From Octopus vulgaris (taxonomy: Eukaryota), in the NCBI GenBank assembly GCA_951406725.2, contig OX597824.1, positions 16,492,001-16,556,000 of the forward strand: 64,000 nt of DNA, read 5' to 3'. Below, piece by piece: positions 27,088 to 40,741 of this stretch. The translations under genes were made by a program, and so were the position numbers. Numbering within the stretch: the stretch's first letter is position 1; the number at the start of each line of letters is the position of its first letter. The notes under the pieces are model-generated. The model saw nothing but the letters and a program-made list of their open reading frames with translations, did no database searches and was not told the DNA's origin.

Positions 27088-27439
27088 TTTTTCAAATTAA
27101 TCAAAGGACATGGCAAGTATTTCTACCTGCCGGAAATAACAGCCAAAACTCTTTTTTAAATCGCCAAAATACACCGATAATACCTACATAAGTCAATCGT
27201 CCGGAGGCAAAGGAGCTAAGATAATCTCTCAGCATACATACAAATATTTGGACCGACGCGGACCGGTCCTTTGACTGACATTACAGCCTCACTTTCCTCA
27301 GCACACGTTACCATTATGGAGAGCCCCAACCCGTCACGTTGAAGTCTGCGCTGCATCTGATTCGTAATTTTCAATAATTCAGGAAAAAATATTTCTAAAT
27401 TGCTACACTAGATAATAATAGAGTCAATATCTTCGCAAA

Positions 27440-28085
27440 TATTTTCTCCTGAATTATTTGCTCCGTATTGAAATTATATATATATAATAGAAATATGTTA
27501 CAAAAAGAAAATAGAAAGTACGCGTGGAAATGTAAGGGGAAAGTAAGAAGAAAAATAAGTGAAAATTCACATTGGAAATCATTAAAGTAAAGGCTTTGTA
27601 TGAAACGTAACTATAGATGTTTACAATTAGACGAACTGAGGTAAGAATAAGAGTAATAAAAGGCATCATTGTGAATTGTTAAAGGGATTCAAAAGCATAC
27701 CGATTTCGCGAATTTACTAATCATTGCTTTGAATGCACACCGATTAATGAACGGTGTCAGGTCTACTAGTCCCTGAGTAACGATTCTTTGTAAGGGAGGT
27801 AGGTAGTTCTGGATTTTTAATGTGAATGGTGTATGGAATGTAAGGGGGCTAATGGTATTAATTGAAAGGTGAGTAGTGTTCTGTATTATCTTATGTGTTC
27901 ATATTCAGTTGTGGAAAATATTCATTGATGAAAGTTGCCTCTTTATTCATTCTTTGTTGTACTGAGGTGTTCTGTGAACGTTGATAGAAGGGGAAAATTT
28001 GGAAATTAGGATTAAGAATTCTAGCACACCTTTCTATGTGTTCGCTAACCTGTATCTATAGTATTGTGGGTAGCGGATTTGTTCA
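27440..28085 (-). mobile_element. Penelope-like element 3' fragment (GIY-YIG C-terminus plus pseudo-LTR)
   Basis: Minus strand EQIRYPQY..SEHIERCARILNPNFQIFPFYQ...RMNKEATFINEYFPQLNMNT-stop (E..FI...P.LN motif), followed by a hammerhead-like motif. Confidence 0.75.
27692..27730 (-). ncRNA. Minimal hammerhead-like motif (variant core)
   Basis: AAAGCA-AUGAUUA-GUAAAUUCGC-GAAAUCG-GUA-UGCUUU. Confidence 0.55.
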
Positions 28086-28143
<58 letters not shown>

Positions 28144-28712
28144 TACATACAAACATACATACATACATACATACATACATACATACATACATACATACAT
28201 ACATACATACATGCATACATGCATACGTACATACATACATACATACATACATACGTACGTACGTACATGCATATATATTTGTGTGTGAGTGTGTGTGTGT
28301 GTGTGTTTGTGTTTATGTATGTGTCCTGTTGTAGATCTGCATGGTTTGAAGCATGCAAATAGCCGACAGGTATTTGAACCATGCAGGCAGGTGACAGACG
28401 AAAGTTGTAACTTACTGTTCGCTTCCAGAATGGTGACATGTAATCATGTGAACCTGCAGGTTATACATCAGTTTCCTTCTCCTAGAAAGATAAGTTGTAT
28501 AAAAATAGTTGTCGTCTGCATCATTCGAAAGAGAAATAAATTCTGCATAAGGTGGAAAAGATGAACATAGTTTGTATGGTGCTAAGTAACAAAACATTTT
28601 GTAAGAAATAGAACTTTTATGATCGGTCTTAAATTTATTTTCGCCTGTGTATGTTGTTGTTTATAGCGATCCGTTAGTGGGACAGTTGGGACCCGAGTAG
28701 TGTGGTCGCCAT

Positions 28713-28860
28713 TTTCTGCCGAATGATGACGTTAAACCCTGAGTAACAGATTGTGAAGATGTTTTCGGTTTTACTAAAATGCATATGACTCTATCTTCCG
28801 TATTCGAGTACTATTTTTCCCATTTCCCCTCAATGTCTTACATTTATGTGCTTACTTGTA
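28713..28860 (+). mobile_element. Element G (pseudo-LTR-like), homolog of 51255-51460
   Basis: gagtaacagatt...gagtactattttt shared; ends in (TA)n. Confidence 0.7.
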
Positions 28861-29361
28861 TATATATATATATATATATTTATAGCCGGCCGCCAACATT
28901 TTTTTCTGCAAAATAGGGGTAGCTTATCCTGTTCAGGCTATATTATTAGCATTATCCTGTGTTTAAGAATTTAAAATCATTTCTTTAACTTTCTAAGATA
29001 TCCCAACGCTTCTAAAGCAAACTTCGTTTGTTTGTTTACGTTCATCGTAATTTGAATAGATAGATAAATAGATACACATATACTTATACATATATACATA
29101 GATATACATATATATATACGTACATGTATGTATGTATGTACATGTATGTATGTATGTATGTATGTATGTATGTATGTATGTATGTACATGTATGTATGTA
29201 TGTATGTATGTACATGTATGTATGTATGTATGTATGTATGTATGTATGTATGTATGCATTTATAAAGTTATTTAATGATAATTGAATACTATGTCCCGCT
29301 TATCCCATTACCAACTGAAATCATTTCACTTCGCTTGCAACATTTATTGTACTCATATAAA

Positions 29362-29433
<72 letters not shown>

Positions 29434-29914
29434 GAAATAATAGAAATAATGAGTATAACATGTTAAAAAACAAAGCAAAGGAAACATGAACGTCTTTTGT
29501 TGACTTATAAACGTCTGTTCGTCTGCCTAATTAATAGCATATTATTAGTACAAAGTATGCCGTGGAATGATAAAAAAAAAGAGAAAGTCTTGGGGATTAA
29601 TTAAATTGAAGTCAATTGAAGATTTTTTGCATTTTTTAATCCGGTTTAAAGGTAATGCCCTTAAAGTAAGCCAGCAACAACAAAGTAACGCAGTAACACG
29701 GCCTCCTTTCACTCCCATTTCAATCTTGCTCGCGCCGTCCCTACCATTTCATGTAATTCTATGTCAAAAGTCGTTATTAGTAGATTAGACAGTACCGTTG
29801 TTGGTTTTGTTTTTCTGTTGTTGTTGGTTTTGTTTGGTGACGATGATTATGAGGATGGTGGTGTCGGTAGTGGTGGCGGTGGTGGTGGTGGTGGTGGTGG
29901 GGATAATAATCGTT

Positions 29915-30131
29915 TTTTTACTAAGGGCTCAAGGCCCTAACATTTTGTGGAAGGTTGCTAGTCGATTATATCGACCTCTGTGGTCGACGGGTACTTATCT
30001 CGTCGACCCCGCCGAAAAGATGGAAGGCAAAGTAAGCCTTGGCGAAATTTGAACTCAGAATCGTAAAGACGGACGGAATGCTGCTAAACATTTTGACTCA
30101 ATGTGCTAACGATTCCGCCAGCTTACCGCCT
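29915..30131 (-). mobile_element. SINE family B degenerate monomer
   Basis: Family B core sequence. Confidence 0.8.
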
Positions 30132-30199
30132 GATAGGGAGCGATAATGATAATAATAATAATAATAATAATAATAGTGATGATAATAATAATAATGATG

Positions 30200-30260
<61 letters not shown>

Positions 30261-30279
30261 TAAATAATAATGATAATAA

Positions 30280-31037
30280 ATGCCCTGATGCAGTACCAAG
30301 CAGTGGCTGTGATGGCTTTTGATCTTAACTGATTGGAAGTGTTATCATGTACATTTTTTTGTCTTGGTATAAAAAGATGGGCTACAGCAAATATTCTGCT
30401 CAATACCACAGATTTGCTTGTCAGTTGTTTGACCATAACCAGTTGACCATGTCCCTTAGTGGCTGGCGATATGTGCATCACGAGCAGAAGTAGTGGGGGA
30501 GCATCATAGCCATGTGTTGAGAGGAATCCTTTTGGGTTGGAATAATTCACCTCTGGAAACATGGGTGTTTTGTTCATCATCCCTAAACAAACTTATTCAG
30601 GGACCTGAAAAAAATTCTATCTGGGCCGCATCTGCAAGGTCATGCACCGTTTATCTTGATATGAGATCACCATGTCGCGCACATATGGTTGTGATGCATG
30701 TGCCTAGTGTACCTATTTCTTTACTACCCACAAGGGGCTAAACACAGAGAGGATAAACAAGGACAAACAAACGGATTAAGTCAATTATATCGACCCCAGT
30801 GTGTAACTGGTACTTATTTAATCGACCCCGAAAGGATGAAAGACGAAGTCGACCTTGGCGGAATTTGGACCCAGAACGTAACGGCAGATGAAATACCACT
30901 CAGCATTTCGCCCGGTGTGCTAACGCTTCTGCCAGCTCGCCGCCTTACTAGGTATGTGCCTAGTGTACCCTTATCAGAGAGGTAGTCATCATGTGTATGT
31001 TGGGTCACTTTGATGGCATGCTCTGCTCTCTCACTCA
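30280..31037. mobile_element. Element E interrupted by SINE B
   Basis: Colinear with 22424-22958; AAT-type repeats on both flanks. Confidence 0.88.
30714..30947 (-). mobile_element. SINE family B monomer with 16-bp TSD
   Basis: atgtgcctagtgtacc at 30698-30713 and 30954-30969. Confidence 0.92.
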
Positions 31038-31402
31038 ATGATGATAATAATAATAGTAATACAATAGATATAGCCTAGTAATTAAAATGCTAATCTCTCG
31101 ATCATAAGTTCTTGGGTTCAAATCCTGAACCGGTCTACTAATCAGTAAATTTATACCAGCCGGAGATAGTGCAGCCCTTATAAAATTCGCGTCTCACATC
31201 CCGGATGGGCCGCTGTGTTGAGGAAAAGGAGAGGTGTGTAGCAGAGACGGTGTCTCTGCACACTACTACATGTACACCTAAAACAATAGGTAAAAGCATA
31301 GTATGCCACCAAGTCTCTTGTAAGTGACGGCTGGCTGTACTTTAAACTACCTTGCGTGTTGCTTTGACGAATCTTTATTTATTGCTAATGTTAGTGTTGA
31401 TG

Positions 31403-31635
31403 TCTTCTTCTTCTTCTTCTTCTTCTTCTTCTTCTTCTTCTTCTTCTTCTTCTTCTTCTTCTTCTTCTTCTTCTTCATCTTCTTCTTCTTTTTCTTCTTC
31501 TTCTTCTTCATCTTCTTCTTCTTCTTCTTCTTCATCTTCTTCTTCTTCTTCTTCTTCTTCTTCTTCTTCTTCTTCTTCTTCTTCTTCTTCTTCTTCTTCT
31601 TCTTCTTCTTCTTCTTCTTCTTCTTCTTCTTCTTC
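31403..31635. repeat. (CTT)n microsatellite
   Basis: Directly visible. Confidence 0.97.
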
Positions 31636-31859
31636 CAATCAAGACTCACACCATTACCCACCAAGAACAATCTCTAATTCGAGCCTACTCTAAGCTACTG
31701 AGAATGCACCCACCACACGCGATAGACTACGTTGTTGTCCTCATTCCGTAAACGGTGGCTTTTAACGGGTGGAGAGCTGAACCATCCTGGGGCACAGAAA
31801 ACTCGCAATCTAGAAAGTTTACCACACCATAGTGGGTTACACCATGGTTCCTCTGCTTT

Positions 31860-32057
31860 GTGGCAGAAGTAGGAAGAAAGAGTGAGAGAAAATTGTGGTG
31901 AAAGAGTACAGCGAGGTTCACCACCCCTACTCGCCGGAGCCTCGTGGAGCTTAGGAGTTATTGCTCAATAAACACTCACAATGCCCTGTCTGGGAATCGA
32001 AATCGCGTTCATACGACCGCGAGTCCGCTGCCCTAACCACTGGGCCATTGCGCCTCC
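31860..32057 (-). mobile_element. SINE family C, 5' half
   Basis: Matches ~10000-10191. Confidence 0.88.
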
Positions 32058-33335
32058 ACTGCTGCTGCATTTGATGGTGACGATGATGACGATGATGACG
32101 TTAATGGTGGAGGTTGTTAAAATACTGAAAGCAACCGGAAGCAGGATGTTAAATTGTTTCTTCATAAACATTCTCGATGATTCTTCCAGGAAAGCTGAAT
32201 TTACCAAGAGGCCTGCGTTGGCGATGATGATAGTGAGTGATGAGGGCGCTAGTAGCCGTAGAAGTGATAGTAGTGGTGATGATGTTGTTGATGATGATGA
32301 TGATGACGACGACGACGACAGCGATGACGATGAACGGGGCGGCGATGATTGTGATAATGAGTAAATTCCGGATCGTGGTGACGGTGACGGTGGCGGCGAC
32401 GAGTAAGTTCATAGCAACGATGATGGTGATGCCTGAAATTACGGTGATAGTGATGGTGATGATATTGTTGATCTTGTTCTTAGTCAAGACGTATTGGCGG
32501 CGATGCATTCACGGGTTAGGCTTTATTATAACTAGCGGCCATTTTTCTTTTATTTCTATGAACAGTTTTTAAAATTGTTTCTTTTTTTATATATATCTTC
32601 TAATTTTGTTCCAGTTGTTTGCTATCATAATTTAAGCCTATAACAAGATCGTTTGATGATTAGATATTTTATTATTGTTTATTCATTTGGCTTTTGTGTT
32701 TTTTCTCTCTTTTCTGTATTTTTAATTTCTTGCTCACGGAAAAAACGATATAGCTATATTATATTATATTATATTATATTATATTATATTAGCAAATAGT
32801 TTTCAACTAATTATATTGTTTCAATGGCTAGGAACTAATAATAATGATGGCTGGGTGTATATTCTATTACATTCACCTGAAGCTGAAACATTTGCATAAC
32901 ATTCAGACAGCTATAAAGTGGAGTGATAATAATGTTTGGTTTTCATGTTAACACTAATTCTTGTTTAATTGCCAAGAAGTGATTTAAAAGATACCGTTTG
33001 AGCGTATCTGTGTTTGTGTAACCAGCACAACAGAACAAATATGTCTCTCTCATAGGCAAGCCTACTTAAAAAAGAAAGAAAGAAAGAAGGGAAGGAAGAA
33101 AGAAAGAAAGAAGGGAAGGAAGAAAGAAAGAAAGGAAGAAAGAAAGAAAGGAAGGAAGAAAGAAAAAGAATCATGGTTTGTGGGAATTGATAAAGAAGAC
33201 CGTTTTGCGAACAAGTAATTTCGGGTTCAACCCTCCTGCGCGGTATAGGGCAAGTGTCTACAGCTGCAACTCCAAACCGACTAAGCCCTTGTGGATGATT
33301 TTCGCAGACAGAAAGAGTGAAGTGAGAAGGCCCAT

Positions 33336-33434
<99 letters not shown>

Positions 33435-33471
33435 ATGTATGTGTATATATATATATGTGTGTGAGTTTGTG

Positions 33472-33807
33472 AAGGCGCATGACTCAGTGGTTAGAGCGTC
33501 GAGCATGCGATCGTGAGGTTGTGAGTTGGAATCCCGGACCGGGCTGCTTGTTGTGTTCTTGAGCAAGACACTTTATTTCACGTTGCTCCAGTTCACTCAA
33601 CTGTAGAAATGAGTTGCAACGTCACAGGAGCCAAGCTGTATCGGCCCCTTTTCCTTTCCCTTGGATAACACTGGTGGCGTGGAGAGGGGAGACTGGTATG
33701 CATGGGTGACTGCTGGTCTTCCATAAACAACTTTGCCCGGACTTGTGCCAGGGAGGGTAACTTTCTAGGTGCAATCCCATGGTCAGTCATGACCAAAGGG
33801 TGTCTCA

Positions 33808-33808
<1 letters not shown>
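33472..33808 (+). mobile_element. tRNA-derived SINE family D
   Basis: aggcgcatgactcagtggttagagc...gttggaatccc head; cttgagcaagacactttatttcacgttgctccag shared with 56202-56520. Confidence 0.8.
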
Positions 33809-33851
<43 letters not shown>

Positions 33852-34154
33852 CATATTTTAACGTGTATAGGAACTCTTTTTTGTCAAAAATTAGGTAAAA
33901 AATATACGGGAGTTTCTTATATATGGATTTTATTATAGGCCCTTAGAAAACCTTTTCCCAAAATTTTAAGCCCCCCAAAAAAAATTAGGGGGCTCCTTAT
34001 ATATGCACGCGCGTGTGTATGTGTATACATGTGAGTGTGTGCGTTTGTATTTGTGTTTGACTTCACCTCAGCTAGACAATCGCTTTTGGTTCGATTACGT
34101 GTCCCTATAACATAGAGATTCTGCAAAAGAGAACGGTAGAATAAGTACCAGAAC

Positions 34155-34366
34155 AGGCAGCGAGCTGGCAGAATCGTTAGCACGCCGGGCGAAATGCTTA
34201 GCGGTATTTCCTCTGTCTTTACGCTCCGAGTTCAAATTCCACCGAGGTCGACTTAGCCTTTTATCCTTTCAGTGTCGATAAATTAAGTACCAGTTGCGTA
34301 CTGGGATCGATCTAACCTATTGACCCCGTCCACCCAAAATTTCGGTCCTTGTGCCTTGAGTAGAAA
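34155..34366 (+). mobile_element. SINE family B monomer with 15-bp TSD
   Basis: agaataagtaccaga at 34138-34152 and 34367-34381. Confidence 0.9.
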
Positions 34367-34463
34367 AGAATAAGTACCAGATTTAAAAACAAGTCGTGGG
34401 TTCGATTTATTTGACTTATCTCTTCAAGGCGTGCCCCAGCATGGCCACAGTCTATTATATCTA

Positions 34464-34526
<63 letters not shown>

Positions 34527-34749
34527 ATATTATATTAAATTAGAGATAAAACCACTATTAGGCAAAAATTTATAAGTATAAATTATTAATTTAAATAATT
34601 TTTTAAAATTTTAACTTTAATTTAAATATTTTAAAGTTTGAATTTTATATTTTATATATTTTTTATTAATTAATTTTATTTCTATGTATTGGTTTTTGAT
34701 TTTCACTGTTTGATTTGCCTAATAGTGGTTTTATCTCTAATTTTATATA

Positions 34750-34809
<60 letters not shown>

Positions 34810-34880
34810 TATAAAATTAGATTTAATCCTAAATCTAATTTTTCCCTGTAAGTTTGGATTTACTCCCTAATATTATTATT
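34527..34880. mobile_element. Element F with inverted partial copy
   Basis: aaattagagataaaaccactattaggcaaa...tttgcctaatagtggttttatctctaattt. Confidence 0.8.
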
Positions 34881-34891
34881 ATTATTATCAT

Positions 34892-34930
<39 letters not shown>

Positions 34931-34999
34931 GAGCAAAGAATCTCTGCTTTTAGCATACATGGTATTTCATTCGCGTTAGAGCGACCCTCCATACATGTA

Positions 35000-35224
35000 C
35001 GTGGAGGGTTAGAAAAGTTCCCAGCTTTAAATGTATCGCGACAGGCCTGGCTGGAGTCCCAACCTTCGATTTCTTTTACAGGGCTCCGAGAAACTGAAGG
35101 ACTTCTGCAATAACTGAGTGAGTCTGACTGGGTAATACATTGAATATGTTGAATAAAATCATAATTAACTGATTCTCCTCTATTTTCTTTTACCCAAAGC
35201 CAGGAAGTTTTCAACACTCCCTCG
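35000..35224. mobile_element. Mariner-like MITE
   Basis: TA|CGTGGAGGGTTAGAAAAGTTCC...GGAAGTTTTCAACACTCCCTCG|TA imperfect TIRs with TA flanks. Confidence 0.7.
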
Positions 35225-35688
35225 TATATGGAAACATTGACGGGTATTTGCGAATATCTTTTTCCGCCCCCAGCATGATAAAGTCCGTTATATGCAATAC
35301 AAACGACATTAAGTTAAAATGGCCGCTGGGCGACTTGGCGCAATGCCAGAGATAGTTTCTCACTGTTTGACATATGTCAAAGGAGACAACGTAGGCCTTG
35401 CCATTCGGTTAGTTGCGAAGACGTGCCGTTGACCAAGCCCATCGAGATTTAATTGCATCAGGTTTTCCAACTAGGATGCTAGGATCATATTCGTCTCCTT
35501 TCGATTTACACTGTGTTTTGAAACAAAGTATGTCCAGAGGGGATGCGACCACTGGCCGAATATACTGCAGTTAATTTATATTTCAACGATGTGTTACCAT
35601 TAAGTATGATAGCTTAATATTGTTTCTATTGCATATTATAAATGTGTTTGTGCGTATATATATATGTGTGTGGGGAGTGTATCTTCTA

Positions 35689-36240
35689 TCTTTTACTTCG
35701 TTAAGTCATTAGACTGCAGCCATGCTGGGGCACCGCTTCGAGGAATCTTTAGTCGAATATATCGACTCCAGTACTTATTTTTTATAAGCACGGTGCCTAT
35801 TCTATCGATTTCGTTTACTGAACCGTTGCGTTACGGTGATGTAAACGCACCAACGGTGGTGGAGAAGAAACAAAGACACAAAGATACAACACACACACAC
35901 ACACACACATACACACACACACACATCATTCACACACCGCCACCGTCACCGTCACCACGATCACGAATTTACTCATTATCACAAGCATCGCCGCCCCGTT
36001 CATCGTCATCGCCGTCGTCGTCGTCATCATCATCATCATCATCGTCATCAACATCATCATCACTACTATCACTTCTACACACACACACATACATAGTTTC
36101 CGTCTACCAAATCCACTCGCAATGCTTTGGTAAGTCCAAGGTTATTGTAGAAGACACTTGCTCAAAGTTTCACGCAGTGGGACTGAACCCGGAACCATTT
36201 GGTTGGGAAGCAAGCTTCTAACCACACAGCCACGCCTGCG
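35689..36240 (-). mobile_element. SINE family A
   Basis: Colinear with 8791-9205; internal (AC)/(CAT) expansion. Confidence 0.85.
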
Positions 36241-36727
36241 AATGGATGTCACGTGATTTTTAGTGTAGGTAACATGTAACCTAGTACAACCTGTCACATA
36301 AGCGGGTCGTCGGAGGCTGAACCATCAATCTCACCAAGCCTGCTTGGCCAGAAGGGTGGGTTTTGTTAGACACCCAGCAGGACGAAAATCAGAAACCTGT
36401 CAAAGGGCGGATAACTTCTGTAGAGTTAACGGCCAGCCAACAGCTGGGAGAAAGTAAGAGACCCACTAGTCTTTGTTTAGACATCTCTCTAGAAGAAGGG
36501 AATTCCGAAATAACACTCGCCCCACGGTGAATCCGGACATCTTGTTCTTGCTTGCCTCTGGAATACTTGGTTTTGTTGGTGAGCCTCTTCGTGGTGTTAT
36601 GCAAATTATTGTTGACTTTAATTTTCACACTGGCATTAGTGACAACCATTGTCTTTAACATCTATAATAAAGATAAGATACTTCGTTAGTGATGGTTATA
36701 CACCTCTACGAGTTGACAGCCACATTC

Positions 36728-36845
36728 TGTATGTATGTATGCATGTATGTATGTATGCATGTATGTATGCATGTCTGTATGCATGTATGTTTGTATGTAT
36801 GTATGTATGTATGCATGTATGTATGTGTGTATGTATGTATGTATG

Positions 36846-36879
<34 letters not shown>

Positions 36880-36944
36880 TGAATGCATGCATGTATGTAT
36901 GTATGTATGTATGTATGTATGTATGCATCTATCTATAAATAGCT

Positions 36945-36986
<42 letters not shown>

Positions 36987-37905
36987 AAAGAGAGAAAGAG
37001 AGAAATTCTAATATTTACAATGTATATTGAACGAATAGCTCGCATACGCTTCAGATCCAGTATCTATCAATTTTCTAATATTTTCCGTTAGTCTTTCCAA
37101 AATTTGGACGGAAGCCATTATGAGATGCAACTCTTTGAGGGATTTAGTCGTTCATATTGACCCTAATGCTAATTCTCTTATTGATTGCTCTTCTTCATTT
37201 AATTATTTGTCGAATTGACAAGTTGCGCAATATACGCGTATGTGTGTATGTGTGTATGTGTGTCTATGTCTTAATGTGTGCGTGTCTGTGTGTAAATGTA
37301 TATATGTGTGCATCAGTGAGTGTGTACGTCTGTTTGTATATATGTATGCACGTTACCTTATGTGTATGTATATGCATATATATGTATGTACGTATGTGTA
37401 TGTGTATGTATTATGCATGCGTGTGTGTATATATGTGTGTATGTATTCGTATATGCATATATATATATGCATGTCTGTATGTACGTAGGTGTATGTCAGT
37501 GTGTATGCGTGTGTATATGTGTGTGTATGTATGCGTATATGTGTATGCATGTATGCGTATATGTATGTACATATGTGTATGTATGTATGCGTGTGTGTAT
37601 ATATGTGTGTATGTATGTGTATATGTGTGACTATATATGCGTATATGTGTATTTGTGTGTCTGTATGTATGCATGTGTGTATATGTGTGTATGTATGCTC
37701 ATATATGTGTATGTCTGCATATATGTGTGTATGTATGCATATGTGTATGTATGTATGCGTGTGTGTATATGTGTGCATATGTATGCGTATATGTACGTGT
37801 ATGTATACGTATATGCATATATATATTATGTATATCTGCATGTACCCATGTGTATGTATGTATGCGTGTGTATATATATGTATGTGTATGTATGTGTATC
37901 TATGT
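36728..37905. repeat. (ATGT)n, (AG)n and degenerate TG/TA microsatellites around a short unique spacer
   Basis: Directly visible. Confidence 0.9.
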
Positions 37906-38097
37906 ATACGGATCTACTTTACTCCAAACGACCGTGATGCAGTTTGAAACAGGTGTAGCGATTTCAAATTACTCCGCTCATTCACTCTATCACCCGGTAA
38001 CTTCAAATATATCTCATCCAATGTCCTATTATTTCAGATTATCCCACTCAGATCCGTCAGAAAATATTCGTCCCTCTGGTGGTAAATGCAAGAATTA

Positions 38098-38470
38098 CTG
38101 AGCTGGTAGAATCGTTAGGTCGCCGGGCAAAATGTTTAGCGCTATTTCGCCCATCTTCACGTTCTGGGTTCAAAATCTGCCGAGCTCGACTTTGCTTTTC
38201 ATCCTTTCGGGTTCGCTAAAATAAGTACAATCTGTACACTGGGGTCGATGTTCTCGGCTATTCCCTTCCACACAAATTCCAGGCCTTATTCCTTTGGTAG
38301 AAAGGATTATTTTCATTATTATTAAGGTAGCGAGCTGGCAGAATCGTTAGCAGACCTATCGAAATGCTCAGCGGTATTTCGTTTACTGTTACGTTCTGAG
38401 TTCAAATTCTGCCGAGGTCGACTTTGCCTTGATGAAATAAGTACCAGTTGGATACTGAGGTCGATGTAAA

Positions 38471-38518
<48 letters not shown>

Positions 38519-38528
38519 GTTATTGTTG

Positions 38529-38604
<76 letters not shown>

Positions 38605-38703
38605 CATTATTATTATTATTACTATCATTATTATTGTTATTATTATTATTAGTGTTGTTGTTGTTCTTCTTCTTCTTCTTCTTCTTATTATTTTTATTAT
38701 TAC

Positions 38704-38737
<34 letters not shown>

Positions 38738-38884
38738 GTTATTATTATTATTAATGTTATCGTTGTTCTTCTTATTATTATTATTGTTGTTATTATTATC
38801 ATTATTATTATTATTATTGTTATTATTATTATTAATGTTTTTGTTGTTGTTGTTGTTGTTGTTGTTCTTCTTCTTCTTCTTCTT

Positions 38885-38958
<74 letters not shown>

Positions 38959-39140
38959 GGCGGCGAGCAGGCAGAATCGTTAGCAAATCCAGCAAACTGC
39001 TTAGCGGCATTTCGTCGGTCCTTAAGTTCTGAGTTCAAATTATGCGAAGTCGAGTCTGACTTTCATCCTTTCGGAGTCGATGAAACAAGTATTATTTGAA
39101 CACTGGGGTCGGCGTCATCGAATGGACCTTTTCCCCACAA
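38098..39140 (+). mobile_element. Three degenerate SINE B copies (38098-38310, 38323-38470, 38958-39140) around (ATT)n/(CTT)n
   Basis: gagctggcagaatcgttag heads and family B cores. Confidence 0.82.
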
Positions 39141-39511
39141 TTGAAATCAGTTATTATAAAGGAAGTGAGCTGGTAGCGTGGCGAACATGCCGGACAATAT
39201 AGCAGTATTTCGTCCGACTTGATACTCGGAGTTCAAATTCCTCCCAGCTTAATTTTATACTTCGTTTAATTTGAAATCAAGTTTTTCGCTGTAGCATTTT
39301 TGAAATTGGTTTCAGATTACCGGTAGGTAACTTAAAATGGGGATTGTATATGTGTATATAAGGCAAAGTTACATACAGTCTCCGCCAAACATGTTCTTTT
39401 ATAAGCCATTAGTCAAACAAAGCTATATTGGAAGGTACTTGCCCCTAGGTGTCACACAGTTGGGGTGAACGCAGAACTTTACGTTATGGAGAAAAGTTCC
39501 ACTTAATCATA

Positions 39512-40107
39512 CCTATTTCCTTATTACCCAGAAGGGGCTAAACACAGAAGTGACGAACATGGACAGACAAGCGGATTAAATCGATTATATCGACCCCAGT
39601 GCGTAACTGGTACTTATTTAATCGACCCCGAAAGGATGAAAGTCGACCTCGGTGGAATTTGAACTCAGAACGTAACGGCAGACGAAATACCTATTTCTTT
39701 ACTACCCACAAGGGGCTAAACACAGAGAGGACAAACAAATACAGACAAGCGGATTAAGTCGATTATATCGACCTCAGTGCGAAACTGGTCCTTTATTTAT
39801 CGACCCCGAAAGGATGAAAGGCAAAGTCGACCTCGGCGGAATTTGATCTCAGAACGTAGCGGCTGACGAAATACCTATTTCTTTACTGCCCACAAGGGGC
39901 TAAACACAGAGAGGACAAACAAATACATACAAACGGATTAAGTCGATTATATCGACCCTAGTGCGTAACTGGTACATATTTAATCGACTCCGAAAGGATG
40001 AAAAGCAAAGTCGACCTCGGCGGAATTTGAACTCAGAACGTAACCTCAGACGAAATACGGCTACGCATTTCGCCCGGCGTGCTAACGTTTCTGCCAGCTC
40101 GCCGCCG
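39512..40107 (-). mobile_element. SINE family B tandem trimer with 13-bp TSD
   Basis: Three units; ttccacttaatca at 39497-39509 and 40112-40124. Confidence 0.92.
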
Positions 40108-40646
40108 TCTTTTCCACTTAATCAACCACCATACAGTTATGTCTATATGCAAATAATTGAGTGTCACTTAGTTAAAAATAGAAAAAAGTAATTTTTATCG
40201 CTCTGTCAGAATAAAGGGGGAGATAATTTCTAGAAATACAATACTAAATTATAAAACGATACAATTTCCAATTTTCAGAATTAATTGTATCATACATGCT
40301 TTTATTCTTTTGGCGGTGTCAAGTAACACGAAATCATGTCCGTTGAATGTCGTTGTATATTGATAAAAAAGAACAGATTTGCCTCGAAGCATGAAAATGA
40401 TTATTTTTCTGAGAATATATTTCTGAAATTCTTTAAAATTATTATCACATGTCAGTGACTGTAATTACAAACGATTCCTACCAGGACTTTGCTTTCTCCA
40501 ATTAAGAGGTAAATCACAATTAGTCTTTCAGTCCATCATCACCTACCAAGCCAAGTTTTCACTCTAGTTATTTACGTTGGTGACTACACGCATACATATG
40601 TGCATCCGTATATCTATATCTAAATCTATCTATTTGTGTGTCTGCC

Positions 40647-40678
<32 letters not shown>

Positions 40679-40710
40679 CCTCCCTCCCTCTATCTATCTA
40701 TCTATCTATA

Positions 40711-40741
<31 letters not shown>

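Larger units (their letters stand above)
33195..34455 (+). mobile_element. SINE family A copy split by nested insertions
   Basis: Head at 33195-33340, body/tail at ~34040-34455 (ccagcatggccacagtc). Confidence 0.65.

Noticed and set aside
36250-36700. Possible RTE 5' UTR or inverted LINE piece
   Set aside because: Resemblance from memory only; no in-window homolog or protein motif.
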